Part shown: piece after piece, positions 11,209 through 22,768 of the stretch
How the letters are laid out: the number at the start of each line of letters is the position of its first letter
Numbering within the stretch: the stretch's first letter is position 1
Assembly (NCBI GenBank): GCA_965218095.1
Contig: OZ244587.1
Coordinates: forward strand, 5,504,001 to 5,568,000
DNA from: Candidatus Poribacteria bacterium
GTDB lineage: Bacteria > Poribacteria > WGA-4E > PCPOR2b
DNA length: 64,000 bases
Reading direction: 5' to 3'
The notes under the pieces: model-generated
What the model was told of the DNA's origin: nothing
What the model saw: the letters and a program-made list of their open reading frames with translations, nothing else
Databases searched by the model: none
Position numbers and translations under genes: made by a program

Positions 11209-12613
11209 ATGATTATGACAAAAATTCTCATTGTCGATGACGAAAAAAACGCGCTCAAGATGCTTGCCCAGGGGCTGAAACTCGAAGGCTATGACACGCT
11301 GACAGCTTCGAGTGGCGAGGAAGCATTGCAACTCTGTGCGTCGAAGACGGTCGATCTGGTGCTGTTGGATATTCTCATGCTCGGCATGGATGGGGTCGAA
11401 ACGCTAGCCAGGTTAAGGCAGATGCACCCGAATCTGAACGTCGTGATGATGTCAGCACAAAGGGAAATCGAAACGGCGGTCAAAACGATGGAGTTGGGCG
11501 CAAGACGCTACGTAACCAAACCGGCTGGCATTGACGAGATCTTGCACGCCATTGAGCCATTTCTGGAGCTGTCACGCCTGTCACGAGAAAATGAAGCACT
11601 GAAGGATCAGATCGATGCGAGGGAGGAAATGATTGGGGAGAGCACCACTATGCAACACCTCCGCTCGCAGATTCGTCAAGTTGCATCAAGGATCTGAGCG
11701 TGTTGATTACTGGAGAAAACGGCACCGGCAAAGAACTGGTCGCCAATGCGATTCATCAGCAGAGCCAACGGAGTCGGAAGCCGTTTATTAAGCTCAATTG
11801 TGCAGCATTACCAGACGAACTCATCGAAAGCGAACTATTCGGTCATGAACGCGGCGCGTTCACAGGCGCTGCAACACAGCGGCGGGGGAAATTTGAGATC
11901 GCAGATGGAAGCACCCTATTCCTCGACGAGATCGGCGATATGAGCTTAAAAGCACAGGCAAAAGTGCTGCGTGTTCTGGAATACGGTGAGTTAGAGCGAC
12001 TTGGCGGAAATCGAACGCTGCATGTGGATGTTCGGATGATTGCCGCAACGAATAAGAACCTTGAGAAAGAGCTTAAAATCGGAACCTTCCGACAGGATCT
12101 CTATTATCGTTTGAATGTGGTCCCGATTATGTGGTCCCGATTGCTGTCCTTCCGCTCCGTGAGCACGTCGAGGATCTACTGCTGTTGGTGAAACACTTCG
12201 TCGATCAGTTTCACAGGGATAGCGCCCGCTCTCCCAAGGTCATCGATCCATCGGCAATTCGCCTTCTGCAATCTTATAGTTGGCCTGGTAACGTGCGGGA
12301 GTTAAAGAACATTATCGAGCGCCTGCTCATCATGGTCGATCAAGATGTAATCCTGGCGGATGATGTGGCGAATATTCTACCGATTTTACACAGATCCGCC
12401 TACCCCAACGCCGCCGCTGCTTATCAAGGGAACAGGTATCAAATGGACAAATCTCTGCTGGAAATGGTTGATGAAGCTGAAGCGAGTCTTATCCTGGAAG
12501 CGCTTGAGGCAAATGGTTAGAACATCAAGCGAACCGCCGAAGCATTGAAAATTGAGCGGAGCAACTTTTATAAAAAACTCGCCAAGTACAAAATTAAGCG
12601 TCCAGATGATTGA
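11209..12613 (+). pseudogene. NtrC-family sigma54-dependent response regulator, disrupted
   Basis: Receiver domain, [34 protein letters not shown]; frameshift near 11690, 14-bp duplication near 12115, TAG at 12518. Confidence 0.9.
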
Positions 12614-12978
12614 GGAATTAAGCCGTGAGTTTGATCAAGTTGAACAAGAGATCTCGCAAACAGCATCTTGAGTTTCTTTTATTGCCGGCTTGCTAAAATG
12701 CTAAATTTAACGCTCCCTTGCAGTCCCAATCACGGGAGATTCCCTTCTCGTCATCACTGCTGCTTCACCAATCTGAGAGTGAAGATGTGGAAAGGAAGCT
12801 GTCACCTAACTCCCTGCAAACCCCTGGAGAAGAGGGCTATCACCTAGTTTTTGCACGACTCTCACAAAGTTTGTATTCCAGCAAACCATCCACGCATCCC
12901 CGCCAAATATCAACTCGGAGGCATCGCTGAGATTGGCCGTGTTTATCTCGAAGAAGAAGAAGAAGGGAGCAAATACTG

Positions 12979-13776
12979 GTGATAGCAATATCCATCATCA
13001 TCTTCACGCTAGGATTGGTGATTGGCAGCTTTCTGAACGTATGTATCTATCGGATACCCCGCGAAGGGCTTTCCATTCACTTTCCCCGGACTTCTTTCTG
13101 CCCCGAATGCCAAACTCCAATCCAGGCTTCCGATAACATCCCCATACTGAGTTATCTCATCGTGAGAGGACGCTGTCGACATTGTGGCGCCAAGATCTCG
13201 ATCGTTTACCCTTTGGTTGAACTAATGACCGGCGGCTTGTTTCTTCTCCTATTTTATCGCTTCGGATTGACGCTTGAGTTTTTGCACGGAGGCCTGTTTG
13301 TCGGCTTGCTCGTACCAATTACCTGGGTTGATGCGCGGTGGTATATCATTCCGAACGCCATTATCGTTGTTGGGTTAATCGCCGGTTCGGCGGTAACCAT
13401 CCTCATTTCGCTGACAAGCCGTAATCTGAGCTATCTGATTGAGCACCTGATTGGGGCAATCGCAGGGGGCGCATTGCTGTTATTGATTGCCGCCGTGGGC
13501 GCCGTCCTCTTTCGTAAGAAAGCAATGGGTGGTGGAGACATCAAATTAATGATCCTTATCGGGCTGTTTCTTGGTGTATGGCCACATCTGCTAGTCGTGA
13601 TTATGGTCTCCGCTTTTATCGGTTCAATCGTTGGCGTGTTACTCATTGCGCTTAGAAAAAAAAGTCGAGAAGGTCGCATCCCTTACGGACCTTTTCTCGT
13701 GATTGGTGCGCTGCTCGATCTGTTTTCGGGGAGTGAAATCTGGGGCTGGTACTTAAAACTCATCGGCTGGCAATAG
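12979..13776 (+). CDS. pilD: Prepilin peptidase
   Basis: GSFLNVCIYRIP, two CxxC motifs, MGGGDIKL, IPYGPFL. Confidence 0.92.
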   Translation: MIAISIIIFTLGLVIGSFLNVCIYRIPREGLSIHFPRTSFCPECQTPIQASDNIPILSYLIVRGRCRHCGAKISIVYPLVELMTGGLFLLLFYRFGLTLEFLHGGLFVGLLVPITWVDARWYIIPNAIIVVGLIAGSAVTILISLTSRNLSYLIEHLIGAIAGGALLLLIAAVGAVLFRKKAMGGGDIKLMILIGLFLGVWPHLLVVIMVSAFIGSIVGVLLIALRKKSREGRIPYGPFLVIGALLDLFSGSEIWGWYLKLIGWQ

Positions 13777-13821
13777 GCGAATCGTCTGTGTCAACTTTTT
13801 ACGAAACAAGGAGGAAGAAAA

Positions 13822-14229
13822 ATGCCATACAAAATCTATCCCACTGCCGCTCCTGACGCATCAATCGCTTTCCAAATCGAACTTGATCCACACGCAATTG
13901 CAGCGATGGAAGAGATCGAAAATAGCGGGGGGCAAGGCGCAGAACGCGAGGAGATCTTGCGAAAACACCTCGGCGAAGATTACGACAAAGGATACCGGGG
14001 AACGGCTTATGGCCTCCACGGAATTTCCGAAGGACTCACCCCAGCGAGGCTTGCTGAAATGCTCGCGGCGCATGGTGAGTCCTTTGATCCGTGCGCGGAT
14101 CGAGAGACGTTCGATCACAGCATGATGGTCAATGTCGAATCGGAGTTAGATTCGCAGTTGGAATTTATTCCCAACCGGGTTCTCAATGCCATCGTGGAAG
14201 CCTACAAGCAGGAACTTATCGGCGATTAA
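13822..14229 (+). CDS. Hypothetical protein
   Basis: AGGAGG RBS, 135-aa acidic ORF, no recognised motif. Confidence 0.6.
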   Translation: MPYKIYPTAAPDASIAFQIELDPHAIAAMEEIENSGGQGAEREEILRKHLGEDYDKGYRGTAYGLHGISEGLTPARLAEMLAAHGESFDPCADRETFDHSMMVNVESELDSQLEFIPNRVLNAIVEAYKQELIGD

Positions 14230-14283
14230 GATTTCTGGAAAATCAGTTGATTGGCTGCGGGGCTGATTGATACGAAATTTTCG

Positions 14284-14312
14284 TTGACACGCATACCAAA
14301 GCGCAGTAAAAT
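14284..14312 (+). promoter_or_regulatory. sigma70-type promoter
   Basis: TTGACA-17bp-TAAAAT. Confidence 0.65.
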
Positions 14313-14381
14313 AGGTTCCGGTTGTGCCAAGAAATCGGTAAGTGGCGCGAAGACTGCCTACAACAAAAGGAGATACTTACC

Positions 14382-15386
14382 ATGAAAATCACTCAGGTAG
14401 ACCTTTACGAGGTAGAAATCCCTCCAATCCCGCCCATCGCCAAGTACGTCCCCAAAATCTACGATATCACCCTCTGTCGACTCCAGACCGATGAAGGTCT
14501 GATGGGTTGGGGGGAATCGCAGGAGAAGAAAGCGATGTATGAGGACAAGGCGCAATCCTATGTGGGTCAAGATGCGCTGGCGTTAGACCCATTTGCTCAG
14601 CCCAATCCGTTCACCTGTGCCTTGCTGGACATCGCCGGACAGGCCTACGGCATTCCAGTCCACCGCTTCTTCGGCGAAAAGGTACGTGACGAGGTGCCGG
14701 TTTCCTACTGGTCTTGCCCTATGGATCCCCATGAAACGGCTGCGGAGGCAGAAGTGGGCGCGAGTTTGGGATTCACGAACCACAAACTCAAGGCACGTTC
14801 TTGGAACATCGTGGAAACGGTGCGCCTCATGAAGGAGGCGGCGGGGCCCGATTACACCGTCGGTGTGGATCCAAATACAGAATTCAAATATCCGTATATT
14901 GCCGCTCGTTTGGCCGAAGAGCTTGAACCTTTCGGAACGGTTGCCAATTTTGAAGACCCGGTCCTCAAAAATAACTTAGATTGGTATCGCTTGTTGCGTG
15001 AGAAAACCCACATCCCCCAAGCCCTGCACCTGGGAGCCCCGAAAGGGGTGCTGGCGGCGCTCAAAGCGGAGTGCATCGACTATGTAAACCTGGGGGGCTC
15101 CGCCCAGCAGATTCGGAAAGCCGCCGCATTAGCCGAAGCCGCGGATGTGCCTTGCTGGATACAGATGGGGGGGCTCTGCCTGGGCGTGCTTGCCGCCTAT
15201 TCCGTCCATCTGCAGTCCACCTTGCCTAGCGCCACCCTCCCCTGTGACGAACTCCCCTTCACCCGCGTCGCCGATGTGCTGGATGGGGGGCTGGGGATCA
15301 AAGCGGGGCACTTTCTGGTACCGGACGGACCAGGGTTGGGCGTCAAAGTGGACATGAAGGTTGTTGAAAAATACCGTGTAGCGTGA
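14382..15386 (+). CDS. Mandelate racemase/muconate lactonizing enzyme family protein
   Basis: MKITQVDLY start with AGGAG RBS, KLK motif, D-x-N, EDP, VPDGPGLGV. Confidence 0.88.
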   Translation: MKITQVDLYEVEIPPIPPIAKYVPKIYDITLCRLQTDEGLMGWGESQEKKAMYEDKAQSYVGQDALALDPFAQPNPFTCALLDIAGQAYGIPVHRFFGEKVRDEVPVSYWSCPMDPHETAAEAEVGASLGFTNHKLKARSWNIVETVRLMKEAAGPDYTVGVDPNTEFKYPYIAARLAEELEPFGTVANFEDPVLKNNLDWYRLLREKTHIPQALHLGAPKGVLAALKAECIDYVNLGGSAQQIRKAAALAEAADVPCWIQMGGLCLGVLAAYSVHLQSTLPSATLPCDELPFTRVADVLDGGLGIKAGHFLVPDGPGLGVKVDMKVVEKYRVA

Positions 15387-15575
15387 GTACAGAAATAAAC
15401 AGCATTTGATTCACGCTTTTCTCCAAAACTCTCGTCCTGTGCGTCGCTTGTTCATTGGTTCATGCGTTCATTAGCGCGCCGCTTAACCAATGAACTTCTG
15501 AACTGATGAACTTGCGGTTGCAACCCACCCAGTTTTAGCGTCAAAATTCAGCTATCCAAGAAAGGCTTTCCTAAA

Positions 15576-16334
15576 ATGCCACGAATTGAACTGGAAATCT
15601 CCAATCGAGTTGCCACGCTGACCTTGTGTCGCCCTGAAACCCTTAATGCCATCGATCGAGCTTTATTGCGTGAGTTCGAGGAGGCGCTGCGTCAGGTGAA
15701 GGAAGCCTCAGGAGTGGTGGTGCTCGTCACCCAGGGCAGTGGACGGGCATTTTCTGCGGGTAGTGACTTGAAGGAATTGGCGAAATGTTCGCCTCAGCAG
15801 GCAGCTAAGTTTGAGTATGCACACGGGCAGGTTTTTGCACAACTAGAGAAGCTTCCGCAGATTACCGTTGCGGCATGGCAGGGGTACGTTCTGGGGGGTG
15901 GGCTCTTCTTGGGTGTCTATCACGATTTCCGCGTGGCTGCACAGGGTGCCAATATCGGCCTGCCAGAGGTTGCTCACGGTTGGACGCCGCCGTGGGGCGT
16001 TTCTCGATTGGTGGAACTGATAGGATTTCAGGCGTCTAGAAAGCTTATGCTATGCGGGGGGCAGTTTGATGGCGCGTTAGCACAGCAGATTGGCTTGGTT
16101 GATGAGGTTTTGCCCGATGCGGAATTCGAGGGACGCCTGTGGGATTGGGCAGAGGAGCTCGCCTCTCGCCCAGCAACTGCACTCCGTGAAACCAAAGCGT
16201 TACTCCGTGAAATGCAGGCGCAAGACCACAATCATTGGGAGCGACGGACGGTGGCGGCGTTTGAAAGGTGTTATGCAACCGATGAAGCACAGCAGGCGGT
16301 GCAGCGGTTCGTTCAACGCGAGAGTAAGAGGTGA
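15576..16334 (+). CDS. Enoyl-CoA hydratase/isomerase family protein
   Basis: RPETLNAI, AFSAGSDL, GYVLGGG, GLPEV. Confidence 0.9.
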   Translation: MPRIELEISNRVATLTLCRPETLNAIDRALLREFEEALRQVKEASGVVVLVTQGSGRAFSAGSDLKELAKCSPQQAAKFEYAHGQVFAQLEKLPQITVAAWQGYVLGGGLFLGVYHDFRVAAQGANIGLPEVAHGWTPPWGVSRLVELIGFQASRKLMLCGGQFDGALAQQIGLVDEVLPDAEFEGRLWDWAEELASRPATALRETKALLREMQAQDHNHWERRTVAAFERCYATDEAQQAVQRFVQRESKR

Positions 16335-16426
16335 GTTATCTGATTATTCTTATCTTTCGCCTGTTTTTAATCGGCGAGAAATATCAAGGCAGAAAATAAA
16401 GATCTGGGGGATATAGTCAATAGATC

Positions 16427-17137
16427 ATGCTACCAAAAGCCATTCTATTCGATTTAGACGATACAATTCTGGAATTTTCTGTGGGAGCTGACCCTGTATG
16501 GAAAGCGATCTGTTCCAAATACGCCGAAAAGACAAATATGTTTGACCCGACGGATCTTTTTGAATCCATCAAAGGGGTTCGGGATTGGTTTTGGGCGGAC
16601 ACAGAACGCCACAAAGAAGGTCGAAGGAATTTGAATCAGACAAGAAGAATAATTGTTTCAAAAGCGTTGTCCAGCTTGGGATTAAACCGTCTAAACCTCG
16701 CAGGCGAAATCGCGGATTCGTATACAAAGATTCGGGAGGAAGGAATAACCCTCTTTCCCAAGGCAATTGAAACTTTGCAATATTTGCGTGATAACAGGGT
16801 TCGTTTGGCGTTGGTGACGAATGGTTCAGCGGAGAAGCAGCAGAAGAAGATTGAAAGATTCAACTTAGCTCAATTTTTCGATTGTGTCCTAATCGAAGGC
16901 GTCGTGGGAATTGGCAAACCGGACCCAAAAATCTATCTGCATGCGCTAAAAGAATTGAGTGTTGTGCCAACGGATGCGTGGATGGTCGGAGACAACTTGG
17001 GATGGGAGGTGACCGCGCCACAAAAATTGGGCATTTATGGAATTTGGCATGACCATAGGGGACAAGGGCTTCCACCATCTACGACGGTTAAGCCGGATCG
17101 AATCATCAATCGTATTTCCGAGTTGCGTACCGTGTAG
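16427..17137 (+). CDS. HAD-family hydrolase
   Basis: FDLDDT, LVTNG, GKPDP, MVGD motifs. Confidence 0.9.
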   Translation: MLPKAILFDLDDTILEFSVGADPVWKAICSKYAEKTNMFDPTDLFESIKGVRDWFWADTERHKEGRRNLNQTRRIIVSKALSSLGLNRLNLAGEIADSYTKIREEGITLFPKAIETLQYLRDNRVRLALVTNGSAEKQQKKIERFNLAQFFDCVLIEGVVGIGKPDPKIYLHALKELSVVPTDAWMVGDNLGWEVTAPQKLGIYGIWHDHRGQGLPPSTTVKPDRIINRISELRTV

Positions 17138-17177
17138 CAGAGCATAGAACTCGTATAGAATAAACGGAGGAACGGAC

Positions 17178-18725
17178 GTGGACATTGCTGGTAACCGCAC
17201 AATATCGGGCATCTTCAGCCAGTTTGCAGCATACCATCCTGACAAGACGTACCTGATTTTTGAAGATTTGGAAGGACGTTGTCAGCAGTGGAGCTTCGCA
17301 CAGTTCGAGGAGCGGGTGAATCAGACCGCTCGCTGGTTGCTGGAGATGGGTGTCAAGCGGGGGGAAGCCTTCGCCTTTCACGCCCCCAACTCGCCGGCCT
17401 TCGTGGCGCTCGCTATCGCCGCCAGCCGCGTCGGGACAGTTATTGTCCCCACCGATCATCGCGCCACTGTTGATGAGCTTGTCTACATCTTAGATCACTC
17501 TGAATCTCGACTTGTTGTCACCGAGTTTGAACAACTGGAGGTCGCGCAGGCAGCGGCATTGGCGACCTCTTGTGTACAGGAGATAGTACTGTCTCGGTGT
17601 AAGCATCCCAGCGGACATCCGGTCTTCGAGTGCGAAATCGCCCGACAAGATACCTCTCCCCCCGACGTTGAGATTAGCCCTGAAGATGTTGTACACATGT
17701 TGTACACCTCTGGCACAACTAGTCGCCCCAAAGGCGTGTTATTCACCAACAGAGCGTTGATCTACGGTGCTGAGGTCTTCGTGCGTGCCAGCGGGCTACG
17801 AAACGAAGACCGGCACCTCATCACACTGCCCGTGTTTCACGCGGCAGCGCAATGCCACGCCTTTTGGCCATCTCTGGTTTGTGGCGCCAGTATCGTCGTG
17901 TCTCCACGATTTAGCCCCACGCGCTTTTTTGGACTTGCTGTCCGACATCAATGCACGATGGCGGCGTTGTTCTCCGCTCCGTTGCGGATGTTGCTCGCCC
18001 AACCGCCTAACGAGACCCAGCGATTCCACCGCTTGAGAAATGCCACCTTCGCCATCGCCCTGACCGATGAACAATTCGCCGAGTGGGATGTGCGCTTCGG
18101 TGCGCCGCTCCAGCATCTTTGGGGGATGACCGAAACGGTGGGCTTGCCACTCATGAGCCCGCTCTACGGTCCTCGAAACCTGCCGTCAATGGGACAACCC
18201 GTCCTGGGCTACGAAGTGAAGATCTTTGACGACAACGGTAACGAAGTGCCTCCGGGAGAGGTCGGACAGATCGTGGTCGGGGCGGAACCCGGCCACACGG
18301 TCATGAAAGGGTACTTCAAAAATCTAAAGGCGACCGACGAGACCCTTCGGGATGGATGGCTATACACCGGCGACAACGCATATTACGATGAGCGGGGGTA
18401 TTTCTATTTCGTTGACCGGGGCAAGGATATAATCAAGCGAGGCGGCGAAAATGTTGCCCCCAGCGAAATTGAGGTAGCGATTAAACAGGTCAATGGCGTC
18501 TCTGATGTTGCGGTTGTCGGCATGCCTGACCCGATGTACGACGAGGTCCCCAAGGCATTCGTGATTCTCCGACCAGAATCCACGCTCAACGATGAACAGA
18601 TCCTTGAGCACTGCCGCAGGTTACTCACGCGGTTCAAAGTTCCCGTGTCAGTGACGTTCTGTGAGGAATTCCCCAGAACCTCCGTCGGAAAGATTCAGAA
18701 ACACCTGTTGCGTAATCAGGAATGA
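17178..18725 (+). CDS. AMP-binding acyl-CoA ligase (CaiC-like)
   Basis: YTSGTTSRPKG, WGMTE, YTGD, PRTSVGKIQK. Confidence 0.88.
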   Translation: MDIAGNRTISGIFSQFAAYHPDKTYLIFEDLEGRCQQWSFAQFEERVNQTARWLLEMGVKRGEAFAFHAPNSPAFVALAIAASRVGTVIVPTDHRATVDELVYILDHSESRLVVTEFEQLEVAQAAALATSCVQEIVLSRCKHPSGHPVFECEIARQDTSPPDVEISPEDVVHMLYTSGTTSRPKGVLFTNRALIYGAEVFVRASGLRNEDRHLITLPVFHAAAQCHAFWPSLVCGASIVVSPRFSPTRFFGLAVRHQCTMAALFSAPLRMLLAQPPNETQRFHRLRNATFAIALTDEQFAEWDVRFGAPLQHLWGMTETVGLPLMSPLYGPRNLPSMGQPVLGYEVKIFDDNGNEVPPGEVGQIVVGAEPGHTVMKGYFKNLKATDETLRDGWLYTGDNAYYDERGYFYFVDRGKDIIKRGGENVAPSEIEVAIKQVNGVSDVAVVGMPDPMYDEVPKAFVILRPESTLNDEQILEHCRRLLTRFKVPVSVTFCEEFPRTSVGKIQKHLLRNQE

Positions 18726-18901
18726 GAGCTATCTGACTGATTTTCTCCTCAATTCTGGTTGGGCCTACAAATGGATTACGACCTTGATTGTGCTGCGGAT
18801 ATTTTGGCAGACCGGTTGGATCAGGAGGTAAAATCGTATGCCGCAACGAGTTAGGTGCAAATCTTGTCATTCTTAATCCTACCTGAAAAAGCATACAGGG
18901 A

Positions 18902-19675
18902 GTGAATGTGGAAGAAATCCTAAGGACTAATAATGTGTTCCTGAACTTCGGCGGCGTCCAGGCACTTTCTGACGTTAGCCTTCACGTCAATCGGGGCGAA
19001 ATCTTCTCGATAATTGGCCCCAATGGTGCCGGAAAAACTTCTTTGCTCAACAGTATTAGCGGCTTTTACCGTCCCCAAAAAGGCACGATTTATTTTCAAT
19101 ATGTGAACATTACAAAACTCCCTTCCTACAAGAGGTCCGAACTTGGAATTGCCCGGACCTTCCAGAACATTGAACTCTTCAAACACATGACCGTCCTTGA
19201 TAACTTCATGCTTGGGGGCCATATTCATACGAAGTCTGGCATCCTCTCCGGAAGCATCTACTGAAAATTCTCTGAAAAGGAAGAGCTGAGGATGCGCGAA
19301 AAAATCGAAGAAATCATAGACTTTCTTGAAATTGAACACATTCGATACCAGCTCGTTGGTCAACTATCCTATGGTCTTCAAAAACGGGTTGAATTGGGTC
19401 GATCCCTGGCTTTGCAACCCAGGATCATCTTAATGGATGAGCCAATGGCGGGCATGGCCATCGAAGAAAAGGAAGACATCGTGCGATTCATCATTGACAT
19501 CAACGAAGAGCAGGATGTCACGGTTGTCTTAATTGAACACGATATGGGCATCGTGATGGACATTTCCGATCGCGTCGCTGTCCTCGATTTCGGGGAAAAA
19601 ATCGCTGAAGGGGCACCGAAGGAAGTAAGAAATGATGAAAATGTCATAAAAGCTTATATCGGTGAGGAGATTTGA
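18902..19675 (+). pseudogene. livG: Branched-chain-type ABC transporter ATP-binding protein (LivG-like) with internal stop
   Basis: GPNGAGKT, LSYGLQKRVE, DEP; in-frame TGA at 19262. Confidence 0.85.
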
Positions 19676-19737
19676 TTTGTCATTGAGGAAGTCATATCAT
19701 ATGGTTTGAACACAACAGAAATCGGAGGGAATATCGT

Positions 19738-20486
19738 ATGGCTGTCGAAAAAACGAAGGAAGATCAATCTCAAAAGGTCCCTGTCCAGCCGACTGCACAC
19801 GTTGTGGAAAAGAAAAAAGTTTCGCCACCATCGCTGAAGCATGGAGAGCACCTGACACGGGACGAATTTGAGCGGCGTTATGAGGCGATACCGCACCTGA
19901 AGAAAGCAGAACTGATTGAAGGAGTTGTTTACATGGGCTCACCTGTACGGACTGATATTCATGGCAAACCTCACGGTTATACCATGGCTTGGATCGGTGT
20001 CTATTGTGCCGCAACGCCCGGTGTTGATTTCTCGGATAACGCCACCGTCTACCTCGATCTCGACAACGAGGCGCAGCCCGATGCGTTGCTCCGGATCGAC
20101 GAAGGCGGTGCCTCCCTCCTCAGCGATAAGGGCTACATCGAAGGTACACTGGAATTGATTGTCGAAATTGCCGGGACCAGCGCTACGATTTGCACGAGAA
20201 ATTAGAAGCCTATCTTCGTAACGGGGGGGCGGAGTACATCGTGTGGCAGATGCAGGACAGACGACTCGACTGGTTCCGTCTTGTCAATGAGGAATACGTG
20301 CCGATGCTGCCCGATGTGGACGGACTGATAGAAAGCTAGGCATTTCCCGGCTTGCGCCTGGCAGTGAAGGCGCTAATGGAAGGAGATCTCGCAACAGTTT
20401 TGTCAGAATTACAAAAGGGATTGGAGACCGCCAAGCATGCCACATTCGTCGGGCAGTTGTTGGAAAAAAGGAATTCAAAAGCTTGA
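19738..20486 (+). pseudogene. Uma2-family endonuclease, disrupted
   Basis: KAELIEGVVYM, QPDALL, LIVEIA, YDLHEKLEAY in a shifted frame; TAG at 20337. Confidence 0.85.
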
Positions 20487-20495
20487 CTGTTCAGG

Positions 20496-20630
20496 ATGGA
20501 TACGATGGATACGATGGATACGATGGATACGATGGATACGATGGATACGATGGATACGATGGATACGATGGATACGATGGATACGATGGATACGATGGAT
20601 ACGATGGATACGATGGATACGATGGATACT
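20496..20630 (+). repeat. Tandem repeat (ATGGATACG) x15
   Basis: 135 bp of 9-mers, 14 perfect and the last ending ACT; encodes (MDT)15. Confidence 0.97.
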
Positions 20631-22112
20631 TGTACATTTCCAAAGCTGTTACGTGAAAAATACCTGAAATGGGGCGACGGCAAAGTTGCCCTCCGAGAAA
20701 AGGACTATGGTCTGTGGAATATCGTGACCTGGAAGGGGTATTATGAGCATGTCAAATACTTTGCGCTTGGGCTGAAATCCCTCGGCTTTGAAAGAGGTGA
20801 GCATATCTCAATCATCGGGAATAACGAACCGGAGTGGGTTTATGCCGAACTCGCTGTTCAATCGCTGGGAGGCGTTGTGATAGGGATCTACCAGGATTCA
20901 ACCCCAGCCGAAGTCAAGTATGTTGCGGAAAAATCGGATTCCGTGTATATCGTCGCCGAAGATCAGGAGCAGGTGGATAAGCTTCTTGAGATCAAAGATG
21001 AAATTCCACCCCTGAGAAAAGTGGTGTATTGGGATGCCAAAGGAATGAGAAATTACGAGGATGTGATACTGATCTGCTTTCAGGCGGTTCAAGATTTTGG
21101 TAGAGCTTACGAGAAATCCCACCCAGGGCTTTTTGAAGCGGAGATTGACAAAGGAACGCCCGGTGATACTGCCCTGATTCTCGCAACCTCCGGAACGACG
21201 AGCCTTCCGAAACTTGCTATGCTCAGTTACAGGAATATGCTGAAGATGGCTGAGAATCTGCTTGCTGAGATCGATCCGATGGATGCGACAGACGAGTTTG
21301 TCTCATGCCTTCCACTCGCCTGGATTGGTGAGCAGATGATAACCATTTCGGGCGCAATGCGCCTCGGATTTACGGTCAATTTTCCCGAAGAGCCTACGAC
21401 AGTTCAGGAGGATATCCGGGAAATTGCGCCACATGTCATGTTTTCTCCACCACGGATTTGGGAGGGAATCCTTTCCACAATTCAGGTCAAAATTGAGGAT
21501 GCCAGTTGGCTCAAGCGGCTCGTTTACAGAACGTTTATGCCGGTTGGCTATAAGACCGCGGATCTAAGGTTTGGAAATCAGCAACCAACCCTCAAATGGA
21601 AGATGCTCTATAAGCTGGGATATTTTGCGCTTTTCAGGGCGATCAAAGACAGAATTGGACTCTCACGAATTAGAAATGCGTACACGGGTGGGGCGGCGCT
21701 AGGCCCTGATGTTTTCAGGTTTTATCATGCGATTGGGGTGAATCTGAAGCAGATCTATGGTCAAACAGAGATTTCCGGTATCTCCGTCGTGCACCGAGGT
21801 GATGATATAAAATTTGAAACGGTTGGTCATCCGATACCTGAAACGGAGGTAAAGATCTCTGCGGAAGGGGAGATCCTCTCTAAGTCACCCTGTGTGTTTC
21901 AGGGGTATTACAAGGACAGTGAGGCAACATTAACGGCGCTGAAAGATGGGTGGTTGTGTTCGGGGGACGCCGGATACATTGATGATGCCGGTCATCTTGT
22001 AGTCATCGACCGTATGAAGGATGTCATGCAGATCTCGGATGGAAACCTCTTCTCACCGCAGTTTATCGAAAACAAGCTAAAATTTAGTCCGTATGTTAAG
22101 GAAGCCGTTGTT
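20496..22112 (+). pseudogene. Long-chain fatty acid-CoA ligase, truncated by a group II intron
   Basis: TSGTTSLPK, YGQTE, SGDAG, IENKLKFSPYVKEAVV then intron GTGCG; C-terminal domain absent. Confidence 0.88.
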
Positions 22113-22768
22113 GTGCGCTTTTAAGTAACTAAATGCAATGATGGTGAGATTCCATCTACAGTAGCTTACAACTGCAAGCCTAACCTTAACTGCGTTGCTT
22201 GAAAAGGCAGGGTGGGAAGCAAAGGGAAACGGCGCATTCCTGAGAGGGAAAGTAGACCCTCGAAAGTGGAACGTCAGGCTGAAGATGATAAGGTTAAAAC
22301 GAAAGTTGAACTGATGTTTTAAGCCCCGTTACTTCCAAACAGGTTAATCTACAAGTTAAAGCCTGTAACTAATAAAGTACAAGCATAGGGTTATGTCTCG
22401 CTTTTACATAACCAAAGGTGATATGCTAACAACTCATATCACTAGTAAGCCATTGCTTCGGGGTAAAATCAGAACCTAAGTCATCTATAAATTACATTTA
22501 GTAAGATTAAAAGAGTCCCTAAGTCATCATTAAGATGATATGGGAGAGGAAGGCAGCAAAAGCATTTATGCAAAGCCTGCCTAGTGTCAACGTACAGAAA
22601 TGTTTCATGAACAGATTAAGGGAAAATGAGAGCAAATCAAGTCCCTGTTACATACTTGGCAACTCGTCCCCATGTTCTGAATGAAACAAAGTAAAGTAAA
22701 GTGGACCCATTGTCGAGGCCAAAATACAGGAAAAATAAGTAAGATATTTGAGATAAACTGACACTGCT

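Noticed and set aside
12718-12978. Small genes upstream of pilD
   Set aside because: No RBS or recognisable motif in any frame; may be a decayed fragment but cannot be supported
20496-20630. CRISPR array
   Set aside because: Contiguous 9-bp units with no spacers and no cas genes; it is a simple VNTR
20336-20683. ORFs encoding (SIV)n or (IRW)n repeat proteins
   Set aside because: Alternative-frame translations of the 9-bp tandem repeat
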